Source: Eledone cirrhosa
Lineage: Eukaryota
Direction of reading: 5' to 3'
NCBI GenBank assembly: GCA_964016885.1
Contig: OZ024743.1
Span: forward strand, 214,148,001 to 214,212,000
Length of the DNA: 64,000 nucleotides
A model generated the notes under the pieces. That model made no database searches. It was not told where the DNA came from and saw only the letters and a list, made by a program, of their open reading frames with translations. Positions 40,482 through 54,131 of this stretch are shown piece after piece (within the stretch, counting starts at the first letter, position 1; the number at the start of each line of letters is the position of its first letter). The translations under genes and the position numbers were made by a program.

Positions 40482-41727
40482 CAGGTGTTGGACAAAATAA
40501 TGGAAACACCATAACATTTCAAACAAATTAATTTTAATATGGGGTAGGACCGCCTTTGGCAGTAATTACAACTTAAATTCTACGAGGTATGGACTCGTAC
40601 AAAGTTTGAATTGTTTCCAAAGGAATTTTTGTCCATTCTTCAGCTAAAACAGTCTCCAGTTCTTGTAGTGATTTTGGAGGATATCGACTCCTTACTTATT
40701 TTTCTAAAATGCACCATAAATGGTCAATAATCTGGGGACTGTGGGGGCCAGATAAGATGTTCAACTTCATTAGAATGTTCCTCGTGCCATTCAGTAACAA
40801 CTTCAGCTGTGTGAATTGGTGCATTATCATCCTGAAAGATTGCGTTTCCCTCCGGAAACAGTTCCACAAACATAGGATTAATTTGTTGAGATAAAATGCT
40901 TAAATAGTCTTGACTATTAATTCTGCCATAAAGGCAAACCATTGGCCCGGCGGATTCCCAAATACAGCCCCCCCCCCCCCCAGATCATCACAGATCCTCC
41001 TCCATGTTTAACATTTGGAAGAAGGCAGTCTGTTTCAAATGTTTCTTTTGGCTGTCTCCACACGTATATTCGGCCGGTGGTCGGAAATAAGGTAAAGGAT
41101 GATTGGTCCAAGAAAATAACATACTTCCACTGCTCTATGGACTAATACTGTAGGTTTTTACTCGACCCTAAACGCTTTGCAACGTTTGTTTTTGAAAGTA
41201 GTGGTTTTGTGATTGCAGCCCTCCCTTGAAATCCGGTTTGTACAGCTCCCGGCGAACAGTTTTTGTGGAAACTGGGTTCTCGGTGTGGTCATTAAACTCT
41301 GTAGTTAATTTGGGAGCTGTACTTTTGTGATCCTTTCTAACAATTCGCGTAAGAGTCCGGCTGACCCTATCTGAATGTTTTGGTTTTCTTCCGGAGATTT
41401 GTTTCTCAAAGGCTGTCATTACTTTCGAGACATTACTTCTTGATACACCAAACATTTCGGTAGTTTTTGTTACGCTAGCGCCTGCCATACGAGCACCAAC
41501 AATTTGACCTCTTTGAAAGTCCGATAGATCTGTCATTTTAATGAATTTTAATTACCTGTTTCTGATGTTATCTGAAAAGAAACAGCAATTTTAACAAAAC
41601 ATATTAAGCACCACTAATAATAAATAAAAAATATAAAATAAATAAACAAGCTTTTGACAGTTTTATAGATATTTCAAAATTATTATGCTATGATGATAGG
41701 TGTTTCAATTATTTTGTCCAACCCCTG
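40482..41727 (-). mobile_element. Tc1-family DNA transposon with a frameshifted transposase
   Basis: TIRs CAGGTGTTGGACAAAATAATGGAAACACC / GGTGTTTCAATTATTTTGTCCAACCCCTG, TA TSD. Peptides MTDLSDFQRGQIVGAR, VKHGGGSVMIWG, FQDDNAPIH, WPPQSPD. Confidence 0.95.
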
Positions 41728-41735
41728 TATATATG

Positions 41736-41805
<70 letters not shown>

Positions 41806-41809
41806 GAGA

Positions 41810-42050
41810 CATGTATTGTGGGTGGAATGTTCAGTTCACTATTTTAAAGTCGTACGTTTGATTCCCGGAGGCGCGTTTTGTTTTTTTCAAAAGATAGTTT
41901 ATTTCTCATCAGTCCACTCTACTCAACTGGCAAAAAAATATGTTTTAACAGTGATTCCAAAGGCTAGCATGTTTACGGCCTGTGTCATGTTGAATCTCCC
42001 AGAGAAATTCGCAAACGGAACGGATATTCATTCTCTTGCTCAATAACATC
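41810..42050 (+). mobile_element. Second SINE family, degenerate
   Basis: B-box-like GTTTGATTCC, followed by CAGTCCACTC..CTGGCAAAAA and GTCATGTTGAATCTCCC motifs that I recall from octopus SINEs. Confidence 0.55.
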
Positions 42051-42097
42051 AAGAGAAATCTGTTTCAATGATATGTATGCATGTATGTATGTGTGTG

Positions 42098-42134
<37 letters not shown>

Positions 42135-42199
42135 CTCTCTTTCTCTCTGTACACGTGTGCATATAAAACCTTTCTAATATGTCTGCAAAAAATATCCAG

Positions 42200-43078
42200 T
42201 GATAGCAATCTGTCAAACGCATTCATTTTATATTCTCAGAAATAATTTATGACAGTAAGCAATATAAGTAACAATATTTGGGAGAATAAGACATTATGTG
42301 TGTGGTATTATATTGCCTATCGTAATGTATATTACCATATATATTAATATAACTGTCAAACTATAACTGACAGATTATATTTGCAGTTTTTTTCAATCAA
42401 TTATGTGGATAATTCCTCGAAGGTCTATTCGTGTCTCACGTTACCAATTATACCCGTCAGGATTTCATAGCAACCACATTAATGTATGTCTTGGCTATCA
42501 CACGTTACCGTATCAATAGTGCCGTATTTCTGAAACTTTGGAAAGACATATTGTTTTATTCGGAAATATTTTGATTCGTAATCATTATATATGAATGTCT
42601 TGTATTATTATAGAAAATAATGTAGTAGATAAATATATAGGTATATATAATCTCATGCAAAGCTTAATTTTCTTCTCATCATTGTCTTCAAAACTATTTT
42701 ACGGATATATAATTTATAATTGGTAATAGAGAATACGAACGAACCCAGTCCGAGTAAGCATGTTTTCAGGTTTTGTATATTAGCTTGCTTGAATTAGTGA
42801 AATTGATCACGTAGAGATTCGATGAGAAAAAGTATTAAGTATTGAATATCACTTTGCTTGTTAAACCCGCATTGATTTTACCGTTCACAAACAATGGAAA
42901 GGCCCTGAAACGATTCAAGTGCACAGTAAACACATTTCAGATGAGCACTCACACACGCACGCACACACATACACGCACACACATGCACGCACGCACACAC
43001 ACACGCACACACACACGCACACACAGCGACACACATACACACGCACGCACACACACACACACCACACACACACACATG

Positions 43079-43143
<65 letters not shown>

Positions 43144-46100
43144 GTGTATGTATAATTTTTACACTTGCTACGAATGCCTCAAGAATTATTCCTTTTTTTT
43201 AGGTCTCTCTTGATAAGCCCTATCAATTTCACAGTTATGATGCATTTTTATAGTGCAGACATCGGTGCAAACGGATTCAGTGAATCTACAGCTGGAACGT
43301 TGATGACAAAATATGTATGCTTTTGTCTATTATTTCCTCATATCCTTGATTTGATAAATACCTCTGATTATTGAGTTATTTTAATTGTTTTGATTATTTT
43401 AACTCTTTCGATCATCGAGCAAAACTTGTTAAGGTAGAAATCACACACGGACATATACATATGAATATATGTGTGTGTATTTCATTATTATATTTTCCGA
43501 AACTCCCCTATGGTCGAGTTAACCCGGTGTGTACTAACTGCTTTTTCTAGAAAATACGTTACTCACTTACTGTCTACCTATACTACCCTTCTGTGACCAC
43601 TGTATCACGTGTTAATTTCTCCTTCCGGCTTCGGGAATTTCTTAATTGCTACAAAAGAAACATCCCTTTCTTTTACCACTATATCACGTGTTAATTTCTC
43701 CCCCTGCCTCTCGAGAATATCTCACTTGCTACAGTCCTTTTTCTGAGGGGTCTCTTGATAAACCCTATCAACCTCACAGCGATGATGCATTTATATAGTG
43801 CAGAAATCGGTGCAAACGGATTCGGCCAAACTGCAGTCGGAACTTTGAAGAAAATATAGGTATAGTTTTGGGTTATTTCCTCGTAGTCTTAATTTGATAT
43901 ATATATATACATTTTCTTTTTATATATGAAGTATCTGATACCTAACTGGAAAGGTCCAGGATATTGACCCTATTCCCTAACCTGTCTCTCAATCGACCTT
44001 GATATATCTAATAAAAACACCCATCGATTTCGGAAAGCATCCCGCAAGCAGGAAAATATCAGTCAGCCTTTATAATAATGAATTCCGTGAGATATATATA
44101 TATAATTGTTTTCCTTTCGTTTTCTTTTGTCATAGGTGTAACTAACATATTGGTAAGATTATATATTTGAATCTCAAAGAATGAAATATGCAATAGTGAA
44201 ATACTTTCATGTTGCTGGGTATTCAATAATGTTTCAACTATCTTATTTAGTTTTTAGATATCATTCATACAAACGAAAGGACCCACAAATATTTGTGGAA
44301 CTTTGATTGTGTAGAAATTTTCTTTTCATATTTGGTTTCATAACTTTTTCTTAATATTTATACATATACTGCGATGTGGTTTTGTGCTTTTTTTCTCTAC
44401 CTCTTTAATGTATATCACAGCAAGTATATTCAATAGGTATTCATTTTATTAAGTCGGCTTTGAAATTCCTTATCTATATTCTTTTACCGATTTATTCACT
44501 ACCTGCCCAAGCCATTTTCTTTTACTGTGGTCTTAAATTTGAATCACTTGTCATTACACTGATACTAAATAATCAATGCCATATTCAATGTGATACACAG
44601 ATAACCGTATCAACATATTGTTCTTTGTTAAAAGCTAAGCCATGTCTTTGCTACCATGTAATATGCTTATTTTCTCTCAAATGGATATATACGTTGATGA
44701 GTTTTGATTTTAAAGCAGTTTCGATTTAGGATGTAATATATATATATTGTAATTTTGTACCTTCTCATATTGAATCCATTTAGTCAGCAACGATTCTTTA
44801 TGTTTAATAATATCGGAATATAAATAATATCCCTTAATAAATATATAGCTAAATGATTTCGCACGTATATCAGCCGGTGTCATCATTTTAAATACATGCT
44901 ATTCTAAGGTACAATGTTTGAAACATTATAAGATTTCAGTTTATCATCTTTATAACATTGCAATACGCGTAACTAATATAAATATTGCAAATATATTCAC
45001 TCCGCTAAGTAAAGAACATTAATCCTAATGTGGAAAAGGTCAAGTATAATTTTCTTATTCATATCTTTCCTACTGACAGCGCATAACATCAAAAATAATT
45101 TTAGATATTCACAGAATATGGAATTATCATTTATTTGATATATTTCTTTCACGTGTAAAAACTGATACTTGAGGCAGTAAAATATTATCATTTAATTGCT
45201 TACAAAACTTCTTCATTTATAAATGTTTGACCAATATTATGTTGTGATATATTAAATGTGTCTCAGTGCACTGTGAATATTCAATTTTGAGACACCATTT
45301 ATCTTCACCAGTGACAATGAAACCTAGCCTGTTGGTTGTTCGTTGCTAAGAAAGCAGAAAAGTCGCAGCTGCTGCTAAATATTCATGATTACTCTCAATT
45401 AGATTTTCGGGCACCCATTGCACATCTTTCCTATTCTTTACAAGTGATTGGGGAGGGTTATCCTCAATGCCAAAAGCACTTCGGAGACTTGATGTGATAT
45501 ATGCCATGGGTTGGCTTTCACTAGCTCACCCAGTTGCTCGTCATTGAAGTCGGTTGGACATCTTGTACGAAAATAAGTTGATAGAAGCGTGCGCACCAGG
45601 CCCTGGTACTGCGTTCAGACATGGTGTGTAATCCTAATGTGTTGTTCCTGTGAATCCAATATGCTACTGCGCTGAGCCCAGATTTCAAGTCATAAGGTAA
45701 ACAGGCACGAGTAAAGTATTTTGATAGATGCATGTTGCTTCCTCTTTGATGACGTAATAGAAAATGATAAATGCAAATAGTGCATACTAACATCACTTTA
45801 ACTACATATGGGCGCAACCTTCAAAATTAAAGAAATCCCATAGCAAAATAACTTCTTTTGAAAACAGCGAAAACATTCTGTCTAACCTGATTATATATGA
45901 AAACAGAATATAATAAAACATCTAAGATATATTTAATATGGATATAACTGCCCTTTCGGCTTATGTATCTGATTGTGAAAGGATGGTGTAAACATGTTCC
46001 ACTATAACATCTGTACACAGTAAAACCTCACATCATTTTTATCAGTTTCGGAGGTTATTGTATCCCCATCAGTAGATACCTGCCCATATGACTCTACCTA
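42200..46100 (-). pseudogene. Several LRR/TIR remnants
   Basis: ESFQGLS, SDIQYLIL and IQNLKTCLLG (42760-42940); IILDLFHIRINVL (~45040); RNFKA and IIEYPA (44200-44470); NQVRQNVFAVF (~45880). Confidence 0.4.
43201..43900 (+). repeat. ~155-bp diverged direct repeats (period ~548) with an internal ~58-bp duplication
   Basis: 43201-43357 resembles 43749-43899, and 43597-43653 resembles 43676-43733. Confidence 0.8.
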
Positions 46101-46770
46101 TAGGGGACATTGATAGCATTTCTATTCATGACAGACTATATAACTTAACTGAAATCGTCAGTTTAATTTACGTGACATGCATTTATGTCGTCATAAAAGG
46201 CAACATTAAATTTTACAATTGATAATCTGTAAGAGCACGCACATAGTTAAATGCAATACATCTATAGGCACACGTACAATTAATAACTCCAGGAAAGGTA
46301 TTAGCAATAAATAGCGGCAAATAAATACAAATTCAAAATGTCATTATTGTAAATTGTTAGTTTTTAATGATTTGGCCGCAATGGTGCCAAATAAAGCCAT
46401 TGAGCGTCACAATGTCTGATTCGATTAATTTTCTGTCGGCTTCCAGCATGACAAGTAATTCTGTGTGAGTATGAGGGGGTAGGTTGAAACCCTCGATAGT
46501 AATTTCTAATGTCGATATTCATGTCATTTACAATATAGTTAAGGAGAAAATAGGATGAATGACTCTTAGATTTGCCTCAACTTGGACTGTTGAAACTTAT
46601 AGAACGAGCTTAGAATTTTAATATTACACCCGACAAGATCAGTATTTCATGCAGATATCTTTGTAGATTTTAGCTTATTCTCTGATATTTCGTTAAGTGA
46701 TCAAGTGATCGAATGTCGACAAATCTGTTGAGTTCTAAACAATTCCATCTCAGCGACGTTCAATTATGTA

Positions 46771-46855
<85 letters not shown>

Positions 46856-46870
46856 GTAAGTATGTGGAGT

Positions 46871-47231
46871 TTGTATATCTAATGATATGCGAAATGTTTG
46901 GAATAAACATTTGTAAAGCCTTTTAGCTATAAATATTGAAATGTTGATAGCTCACGTCGTCATCAGCAATCTGCGTTCCACGCCCTGCTCTCAGAGGGAA
47001 TTTAAAACAGGCGAAAATATATATTATTTTACGGTTATGTAGATGGGCTGAATAGACTCATTGGCATATAGAGCAGTAAAGACGAATAAGCGTGAAAGTA
47101 GAATGAAGGTGTTTGCTCTGATATAGCTGTATGCATATAAGTATATGACTTTTGTATATCTAATGATATACGGTGTGTTTCCGAATAAACACTTGGAAAG
47201 CCTTTTAGCTATGAATATTGAAAAGCTAACG
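46871..47231. repeat. Diverged ~80-bp direct repeat, period ~281, between microsatellites
   Basis: TTGTATATCTAATGATAT...GCCTTTTAGCTAT.AATATTGAAA occurs at 46871 and 47152. Confidence 0.75.
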
Positions 47232-47280
47232 GGTGGCAACTTCTAGCCGATTCCAGAATATATATATATATATATGTATT

Positions 47281-47351
<71 letters not shown>

Positions 47352-47615
47352 GTTAAAGTGTACATCTACATATGTATACGGAAGTATTAGTATGCATATA
47401 AATACACACATGTATACATATGTACATGTACTGAGTTTTTCACTAGACACTTTACAGTGAGTGTCAGCTAGTCTGTATGTAACCACACAGACGGACCGGG
47501 TTTTAGAGTCATACGGTATACATATGTAGATGTACACTTTAACTTAATTGTTTAAGCGTCAGTCATACAAAAGTGAGTTAGAGGCGAAACGAAATTTAAT
47601 TTCGTTTCGTTATTT

Positions 47616-47660
<45 letters not shown>

Positions 47661-47668
<8 letters not shown>

Positions 47669-48172
47669 AGAATTGATGCTCTGAAATAGCGATATATATA
47701 TATGAATGTATATATAGTGTATTTTGCAATACACTGTATGCTTAATTAAAAGCATTTTGAAGAACTTACGCTATCGTTTTAAACTATGTCACTTACTTGC
47801 TTTTTCAGCAAACAAAGGGAGATAAGCTGACAGATCTCTGTTTCGTAATGTTGGTACTCCTCAGAGCTTACCACTCCTTTTGCCTACTGGAATTTATGAA
47901 TGTTTGATTCTTATAGAATTCCAGTAATATTCAGGAATTGATTATACAGGGCGGTTGCAAGTCCAGCAAAAATTGAAAATTAGAATTGGTGCTCTGAAAT
48001 ACCGAATAGGAGTACCAACAGTTCGGAACAGAGATCTGTCAGCTTATCTCTCTTTGTTTGCTGAAAAAAGAAGTAACTGACATAGTCACTACTGTAAAAC
48101 AATAGCGTAAGGTCTTCAAAATGCTTTTAATTAAGCATACAGTGTATTGCAAAATGCACTATATATACATAC
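47661..48172 (-). mobile_element. Retrozyme/pLTR-like unit related to 21591-22600, with an inverted partial copy
   Basis: Shares GCTCTGAAATAGCGATATAT, CATTTTGAAGA and GCGGTTGC. The unit start is repeated near 47982. 48009-48172 is the inverse of 47700-47860. Confidence 0.8.
47823..47870 (-). ncRNA. Canonical type I hammerhead
   Basis: TAAGCT CTGAGGA GTA CCAACAT TAC GAAA CAGA GA TCTG TC AGCTTA: full core, G10.1-C11.1, GUC site. Confidence 0.9.
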
Positions 48173-48173
48173 A

Positions 48174-48507
48174 TGCCTCTCCTTTGTTCTGTCCTACGCC
48201 ATCCAAGATGGCGTAGGACAGAACAAAGGAGTGGCACAAAAAACAAAGAAAATCACCCCATTCACTGAAGAGGTCACATAATGTGTGACGAAATAACTTT
48301 GACAATATATAAACAACCATCTGGTTGTGCAACCAACCAACCGGAAATTTATAAATTCCTAAATTTATAAATTTATTATAATAAATTGAAATGAAAGCTT
48401 CGGGTGCGTGTGTTTCTTATTGGTAACATGACCCTCCCAAAGTAAAACGATATCGGTTTCAACACACGTTTTAAGATAAAGAATCTTGCTAAACATATTC
48501 AGAAACG

Positions 48508-48510
<3 letters not shown>
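48174..48510 (+). mobile_element. Older family-C pLTR with a 30-bp 5' hairpin and a degenerate hammerhead (48261-48303)
   Basis: Homologous to 51400-51712. 48174-48237 forms a hairpin. Confidence 0.85.
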
Positions 48511-48559
<49 letters not shown>

Positions 48560-48561
<2 letters not shown>

Positions 48562-48968
48562 CCGACCTTACCCAATTGCAGCTCTCAAGGGGCAATGACA
48601 CTCGACGGTGACCTCTGGCGTCACGCAATAATAGAGAAGACCCTATTTCTTACTTGTACAAGCCGAAGCTGAAGCATATAGACAATATGCCCCCAACCCT
48701 CCCAATGCAAAGTGGTCGTGGAGGTGCCACGTCAAAAAAGGACCCAGACCACACTGTAAAGTGAACGTGTAGGCGCCAGGGGAAAAAAACCAACTAGCAC
48801 TCACTAAAGATGAGGTTGCTGTTAGGAAGAGCATCTCGCTGTAGAACTCAAGCCAGAATCAGTTCCCGTATGAGCAAGACATGGTCAGCCGACTGGACAC
48901 TGCCCACAACAGGACAACCCGTCTAACCCATGCTAGCGTGGAAGAATGGACCTAAAACGGTGACGATG

Positions 48969-48970
<2 letters not shown>
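48560..48970 (+). mobile_element. RTE-related retroelement 3' region
   Basis: Ends AACCCATGCTAGCGTGGAAGAATGGACCTAAAACGGTGACGATGAT, an RTE-type tail with degenerate (GAT)n. Confidence 0.6.
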
Positions 48971-49001
<31 letters not shown>

Positions 49002-49005
49002 TGTC

Positions 49006-49103
<98 letters not shown>

Positions 49104-49162
49104 AATGTAAGTATGTATGTATACGTACATACATATATGTATACAGACGTACAGCAGCATGC

Positions 49163-49229
<67 letters not shown>

Positions 49230-49430
49230 CATACATGCATACAGGTACACATACATATATGCACGCATCCGTTTAGCCGACGTTTATTATAACGCCGCTT
49301 TGTTCGTTTGTTTGTCAACAAACCGACAGCCTGAATTTATGCCTGTTTGTTGACAAACAAACGAACAAAGCGGCGTTATAATAAACGTCGGCTAAACTGA
49401 TATATGTATGTGTACCTGTATGCATGTATG

Positions 49431-49467
<37 letters not shown>

Positions 49468-49945
49468 ATACTTTGGGAGGGTCATGTTGCCAATAAGAAA
49501 CACACGCACCAGTTGCTTTCACTTCAATTTAATTTAATATATATTTATAAATTTACAAATTTATAAATTTCTGGTTGGTTGGTTGGTTCCACAACCAGAT
49601 AGTTGTTTATATATATATAGTCATAGTTCTTTCGTCACACACTCTGTGACCTCTTCAGTGACTGGGGATTTCTTTCTTCGTTTCTGTGCCTTTCCTTTCT
49701 TCTATCCTACGCCATTTTGTTTGTGTGTGGGTTGCGTGCTCAGTTTGCGCATGCGCCACATCCGGGTGTCTGTGTGTGTTTGTGTTCATTTTTCTATTTT
49801 TATATTTTTATATTTATATTTGTTTGTTTATTTATTTATTTATTGTTGGTTGGTTGTTTGTTCTATGTGTGTGTGTGTTTTCATTTTGTGTGTGTTTTCA
49901 ATTGTAAGTTGTTTATATATGTGTGTGTGTGTTTTCATTTTGTCC

Positions 49946-50540
49946 TTAATTGTAAGTTGTGATGTTGCTGTTCCACTCATATTTTCTATTTAATTTTGGT
50001 TTTAATTCTTTTATGCTTACTGCCTCTGTAATTTGCCTAAACATTGCGTCTTTCTTGTGTGTGGATTCTATTTTTATTTCTATGCTCTCTAATTTACCCC
50101 TGTGTTCTATCTTAGCATGTTGGTAGAGCACAGATGATTCTTTACTATCTTGGAGGTCTCGCCAGTGTTCATTTATTCGTTCCCCTATACTACGAGCTGT
50201 CTCACCTATGTACACTATATTTTTGTTTCTACATTGTCCCTCAGTACATCTTATGCTATATACTACATTTCTAGTTTTACAGTTAATATGGGGGCTTATT
50301 TTACAGGTTATACATTTCTTATCTATACATGAGGGTCTTTGGAACGGGTATGTCTTGCTAATAAGTGTTTTTACGGAGGTACCAGGTCTTTCTACTATCT
50401 TAATATTGAGATTATGTTTCTTTAGGGCCCTTCTAAATTTGTAGGCTAGTTCACCTCTAGGGGTTGTATTGATGAACATTACACTCTGGTATTTATTGCT
50501 ATCATACCATGAGTTTATTCTATTGGCCTTGTTCTTAGTT
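49946..50540 (-). CDS. GIY-YIG endonuclease C-terminus of a PLE polyprotein (inverted copy)
   Basis: C..KCITC..C..RNVVY.I.C..C..VYIGETARS..R..EH; RQITEAVSI..LNRKYEW. Confidence 0.85.
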
Positions 50541-50552
50541 ATTAATAGAAAG

Positions 50553-51147
50553 AACTAAGAACAAGGCCAATAGAATAAACTCATGGTATGATAGCAATAA
50601 ATACCAGAGTGTAATGTTCATCAATACAACCCCTAGAGGTGAACTAGCCTACAAATTTAGAAGGGCCCTAAAGAAACATAATCTCAATATTAAGATAGTA
50701 GAAAGACCTGGTACCTCCGTAAAAACACTTATTAGCAAGACATACCCGTTCCAAAGACCCTCATGTATAGATAAGAAATGTATAACCTGTAAAATAAGCC
50801 CCCATATTAACTGTAAAACTAGAAATGTAGTATATAGCATAAGATGTACTGAGGGACAATGTAGAAACAAAAATATAGTGTACATAGGTGAGACAGCTCG
50901 TAGTATAGGGGAACGAATAAATGAACACTGGCGAGACCTCCAAGATAGTAAAGAATCATCTGTGCTCTACCAACATGCTAAGATAGAACACAGGGGTAAA
51001 TTAGAGAGCATAGAAATAAAAATAGAATCCACACACAAGAAAGACGCAATGTTTAGGCAAATTACAGAGGCAGTAAGCATAAAAGAATTAAAACCAAAAT
51101 TAAATAGAAAATATGAGTGGAACAGCAACATCACAACTTACAATTAA
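50553..51147 (+). CDS. GIY-YIG endonuclease C-terminus of a PLE polyprotein, 5'-truncated
   Basis: Same 177 aa as the inverted copy. The frame is open upstream of the Met (SWYDSNKYQSVMF), so this is a truncation, not a standalone gene. Confidence 0.85.
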
Positions 51148-51451
51148 GGACAAAATGAAAACACACACACACATATATAAACAACTTACAATTGAAAACA
51201 CACACAAAATGAAAACACACACAAGACAAAATGAAAACACACACACACATAGAACAAACAACCAACCAACAATAAATAAATAAATAAACAAACAAATATA
51301 AATATAAAAATATAAAAATAGAAAAATGAACACAAACACACACAGACACCCGGATGTGGCGCATGCGCAAACTGAGCACGCAACCCACACACAAACAAAA
51401 TGGCGTAGGATAGAAGAAAGGAAAGGCACAGAAACGAAGAAAGAAATCCCC

Positions 51452-51496
51452 AGTCACTGAAGAGGTCACAGAGTGTGTGACGAAAGAACTATGACT
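51452..51496 (+). ncRNA. Minimal hammerhead (family C)
   Basis: AGTCA CTGAAGA G GTCACA GAGTG TGTGAC GAAA GAAC TA TGACT. Confidence 0.8.
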
Positions 51497-51709
51497 ATAT
51501 ATATATAAACAACTATCTGGTTGTGGAACCAACCAACCAACCAGAAATTTATAAATTTGTAAATTTATAAATATATATTAAATTAAATTGAAGTGAAAGC
51601 AACTGGTGCGTGTGTTTCTTATTGGCAACATGACCCTCCCAAAGTATAACAATATCGGTTTCAACACACGATTTCAGATAAAGAATCTTGCTAAACAAAT
51701 TCAGAAACG

Positions 51710-51751
<42 letters not shown>

Positions 51752-51866
51752 GCATGCTGCTGTACGTCTGTATACATATATGTATATACGTATACATACA
51801 TACTTACATTTAAGTAAGTGCCATACTAAGAGTGAGAAATGAAATTTCGTTTTCATTTTTTTTCAA

Positions 51867-51907
<41 letters not shown>

Positions 51908-53015
51908 CAAAAACACATATACACATGGCATACACACACATCACCTACATGAACAGAGAAAGAATTCACCTCCAATACATTAGCCAAACGTTTCCGAATG
52001 CTTGCCGGTTTGAATATTTCTGGACGACACTAACTCTTGGTCACTTCGCATTAAACAAATCCATCTTACTTACGTTGAATGCTGACGTCCATTTCCTTGT
52101 CTGTATGTGTATACATATTTATTAAAACAAATATTACTCTCTCTGACCCATAAATCTAAAGGTTCAATATCCATTCATTGAATCATTTCTTCACATATTT
52201 TTGTTGTTGTCTAAATATAAAATACTGCACATGACACATTGATATGAAGTATGTTAAACCAAACTATTTCTAGTTTCCATTTTCCACATTGCTAATGATA
52301 TCATCTCAAATTGTGTGATTTCTGCATCTAACTACACGAAATTGATCATTGGATATATAACTGTTTGGGGCTCTTATTTGAATCATACTTGATAATAGCT
52401 TTACATAAAAAAAAAACAATACATCATCCTAATTCTATCGAAACCGAAACATTCCGATTTTTTACAGAATATTTACTATACCAGCCAGAAAAGAAAAATT
52501 CCTCTGTGAGTATTTCAGATGGAAATCCCACTGGTTTAGAAAATGTCTAAACGGTAATAAATGCTAATGAAAAAAGAAATATAACATATATAAAAATAAA
52601 ACATGATAAATATTATCGTAAACCTCTTGATATGAGTCAAGTAAATTTGTAAAATATTCATATATATTTGCAAAGCAAAATATAAGAAGGCTGGTAATTA
52701 AAACATACAAGTATGTTGGGCTTTTAAAAGCTAACAGAAACCAAACAAAAGCTATAAATATTTCAAATCTCTTGTTCTAGTAAACACCTAATTAGAGTTG
52801 TCACATCAAACAAAGATATAGAACGCACAAGGTATCGTTCATAATTCTAGATTACCTTGTAAATTACACAGGAGCATAGAATCAACTAATATATAGAACA
52901 AAAGGACAGCATAAGAAATGTCTTATTCTAGAAAATAATTTCCTTTCCGCATTGCTAACAATGTCATCTATAAATTAGAATATATAGATTTGTAGATATC
53001 AATAGCTTAATTATA

Positions 53016-53136
53016 TAATTGTTTCTACTTTTGGCACAAGGCCAGCAATTCACCAGTGTATTACTGGTACTTTATTTTATCGACCCCGTAAGGATGAAAT
53101 GCAAAGTAAACCTCGGCGGGATTTGAAGTCAGACCG
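53016..53136 (-). mobile_element. 5'-truncated SINE
   Basis: 15-bp TSD AATAGCTTAATTATA at 53001 and 53137. Confidence 0.88.
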
Positions 53137-53561
53137 AATAGCTTAATTATATTATATTAACTAATATAAGTTATTTGTTTCCAATGAGCAATATTCAATA
53201 TTTATTTGTGGTCTAACGTTAAGCATTGTGTTTCTCTATTGTGATGACGAAGCTCCAAGTTCACTGACCTTCAATTCAATACATCGAAATCATAATGAAT
53301 ATAAGCACGAAATTGGAAAACAATATGACATAAAGAGAACGTAACAATATAAAAGCGAAAATGACAGAAGTCACCAATTGTTAAATATATTCTTCTTATA
53401 TGAGACAAATATTCTAAACCATAAATTGATTATTTCTTTTATACATCATTTTCTATTGTGTTTAATATTTAATAATATTTCAATTATGTAATGTATTATT
53501 ACATTTTCACTGAGGATTTGGAGGATATTTTAAGTGATATAGTAATTCACCACTATATACA

Positions 53562-53750
53562 TAATTGTTTCTACGTTAGGCACAAGGCCAGCAATTACCC
53601 AGTGTATTACTGGTACTTTATTTTATCGACCCCGTAAGGATGAAAGGCAAAGTTAACCTCGGCGGGATTTGAACTCAGAATGGCAAGGGCCGTAACTCTA
53701 TGCGCCAAAGATATGGCATCCGACACTCTACCAATACTGCCAATCCACCA
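53562..53750 (-). mobile_element. Full-length SINE
   Basis: TSD CACTATATACATAAT on both sides. Confidence 0.9.
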
Positions 53751-54001
53751 CTATATACATAATGGCATAACATATGTCATATATTAAGAATATCTATAAT
53801 CTAACTGATTATTTTATTTAGAGAGTAAATATTTGATGTGAACGTAAAAGTTACTGAAGTATCTGATGAAGGCATATTAATGTTAACAACCGACGGAGTT
53901 CCAAATGTGTGCTTTGATTTCTCACTGATATTGTAACACTGTTTACACTCATTAAACGTCTAACAAACTTAAAAGTGACGGAAAATCCGATGGTCGGACA
54001 C

Positions 54002-54131
<130 letters not shown>

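Larger units (their letters stand above)
49463..51712. mobile_element. 5'-truncated Penelope family C forming a ~2.2-kb palindrome
   Basis: Arms 49463-50540 and 50553-~51652 with a 12-bp spacer. Each arm has GIY-YIG, 3' region and pLTR. Hammerheads at 49619-49663(-) and 51452-51496(+). Confidence 0.95.

Noticed and set aside
46876-47218. CTAATGA...GAAAGC..GCTA in the 281-bp repeat
   Set aside because: G5 is absent in both copies and there is no stem I.
50614-51147. Standalone domesticated GIY-YIG nuclease gene
   Set aside because: The frame continues upstream to the palindrome centre and is followed by a pLTR, so it is a truncated PLE.
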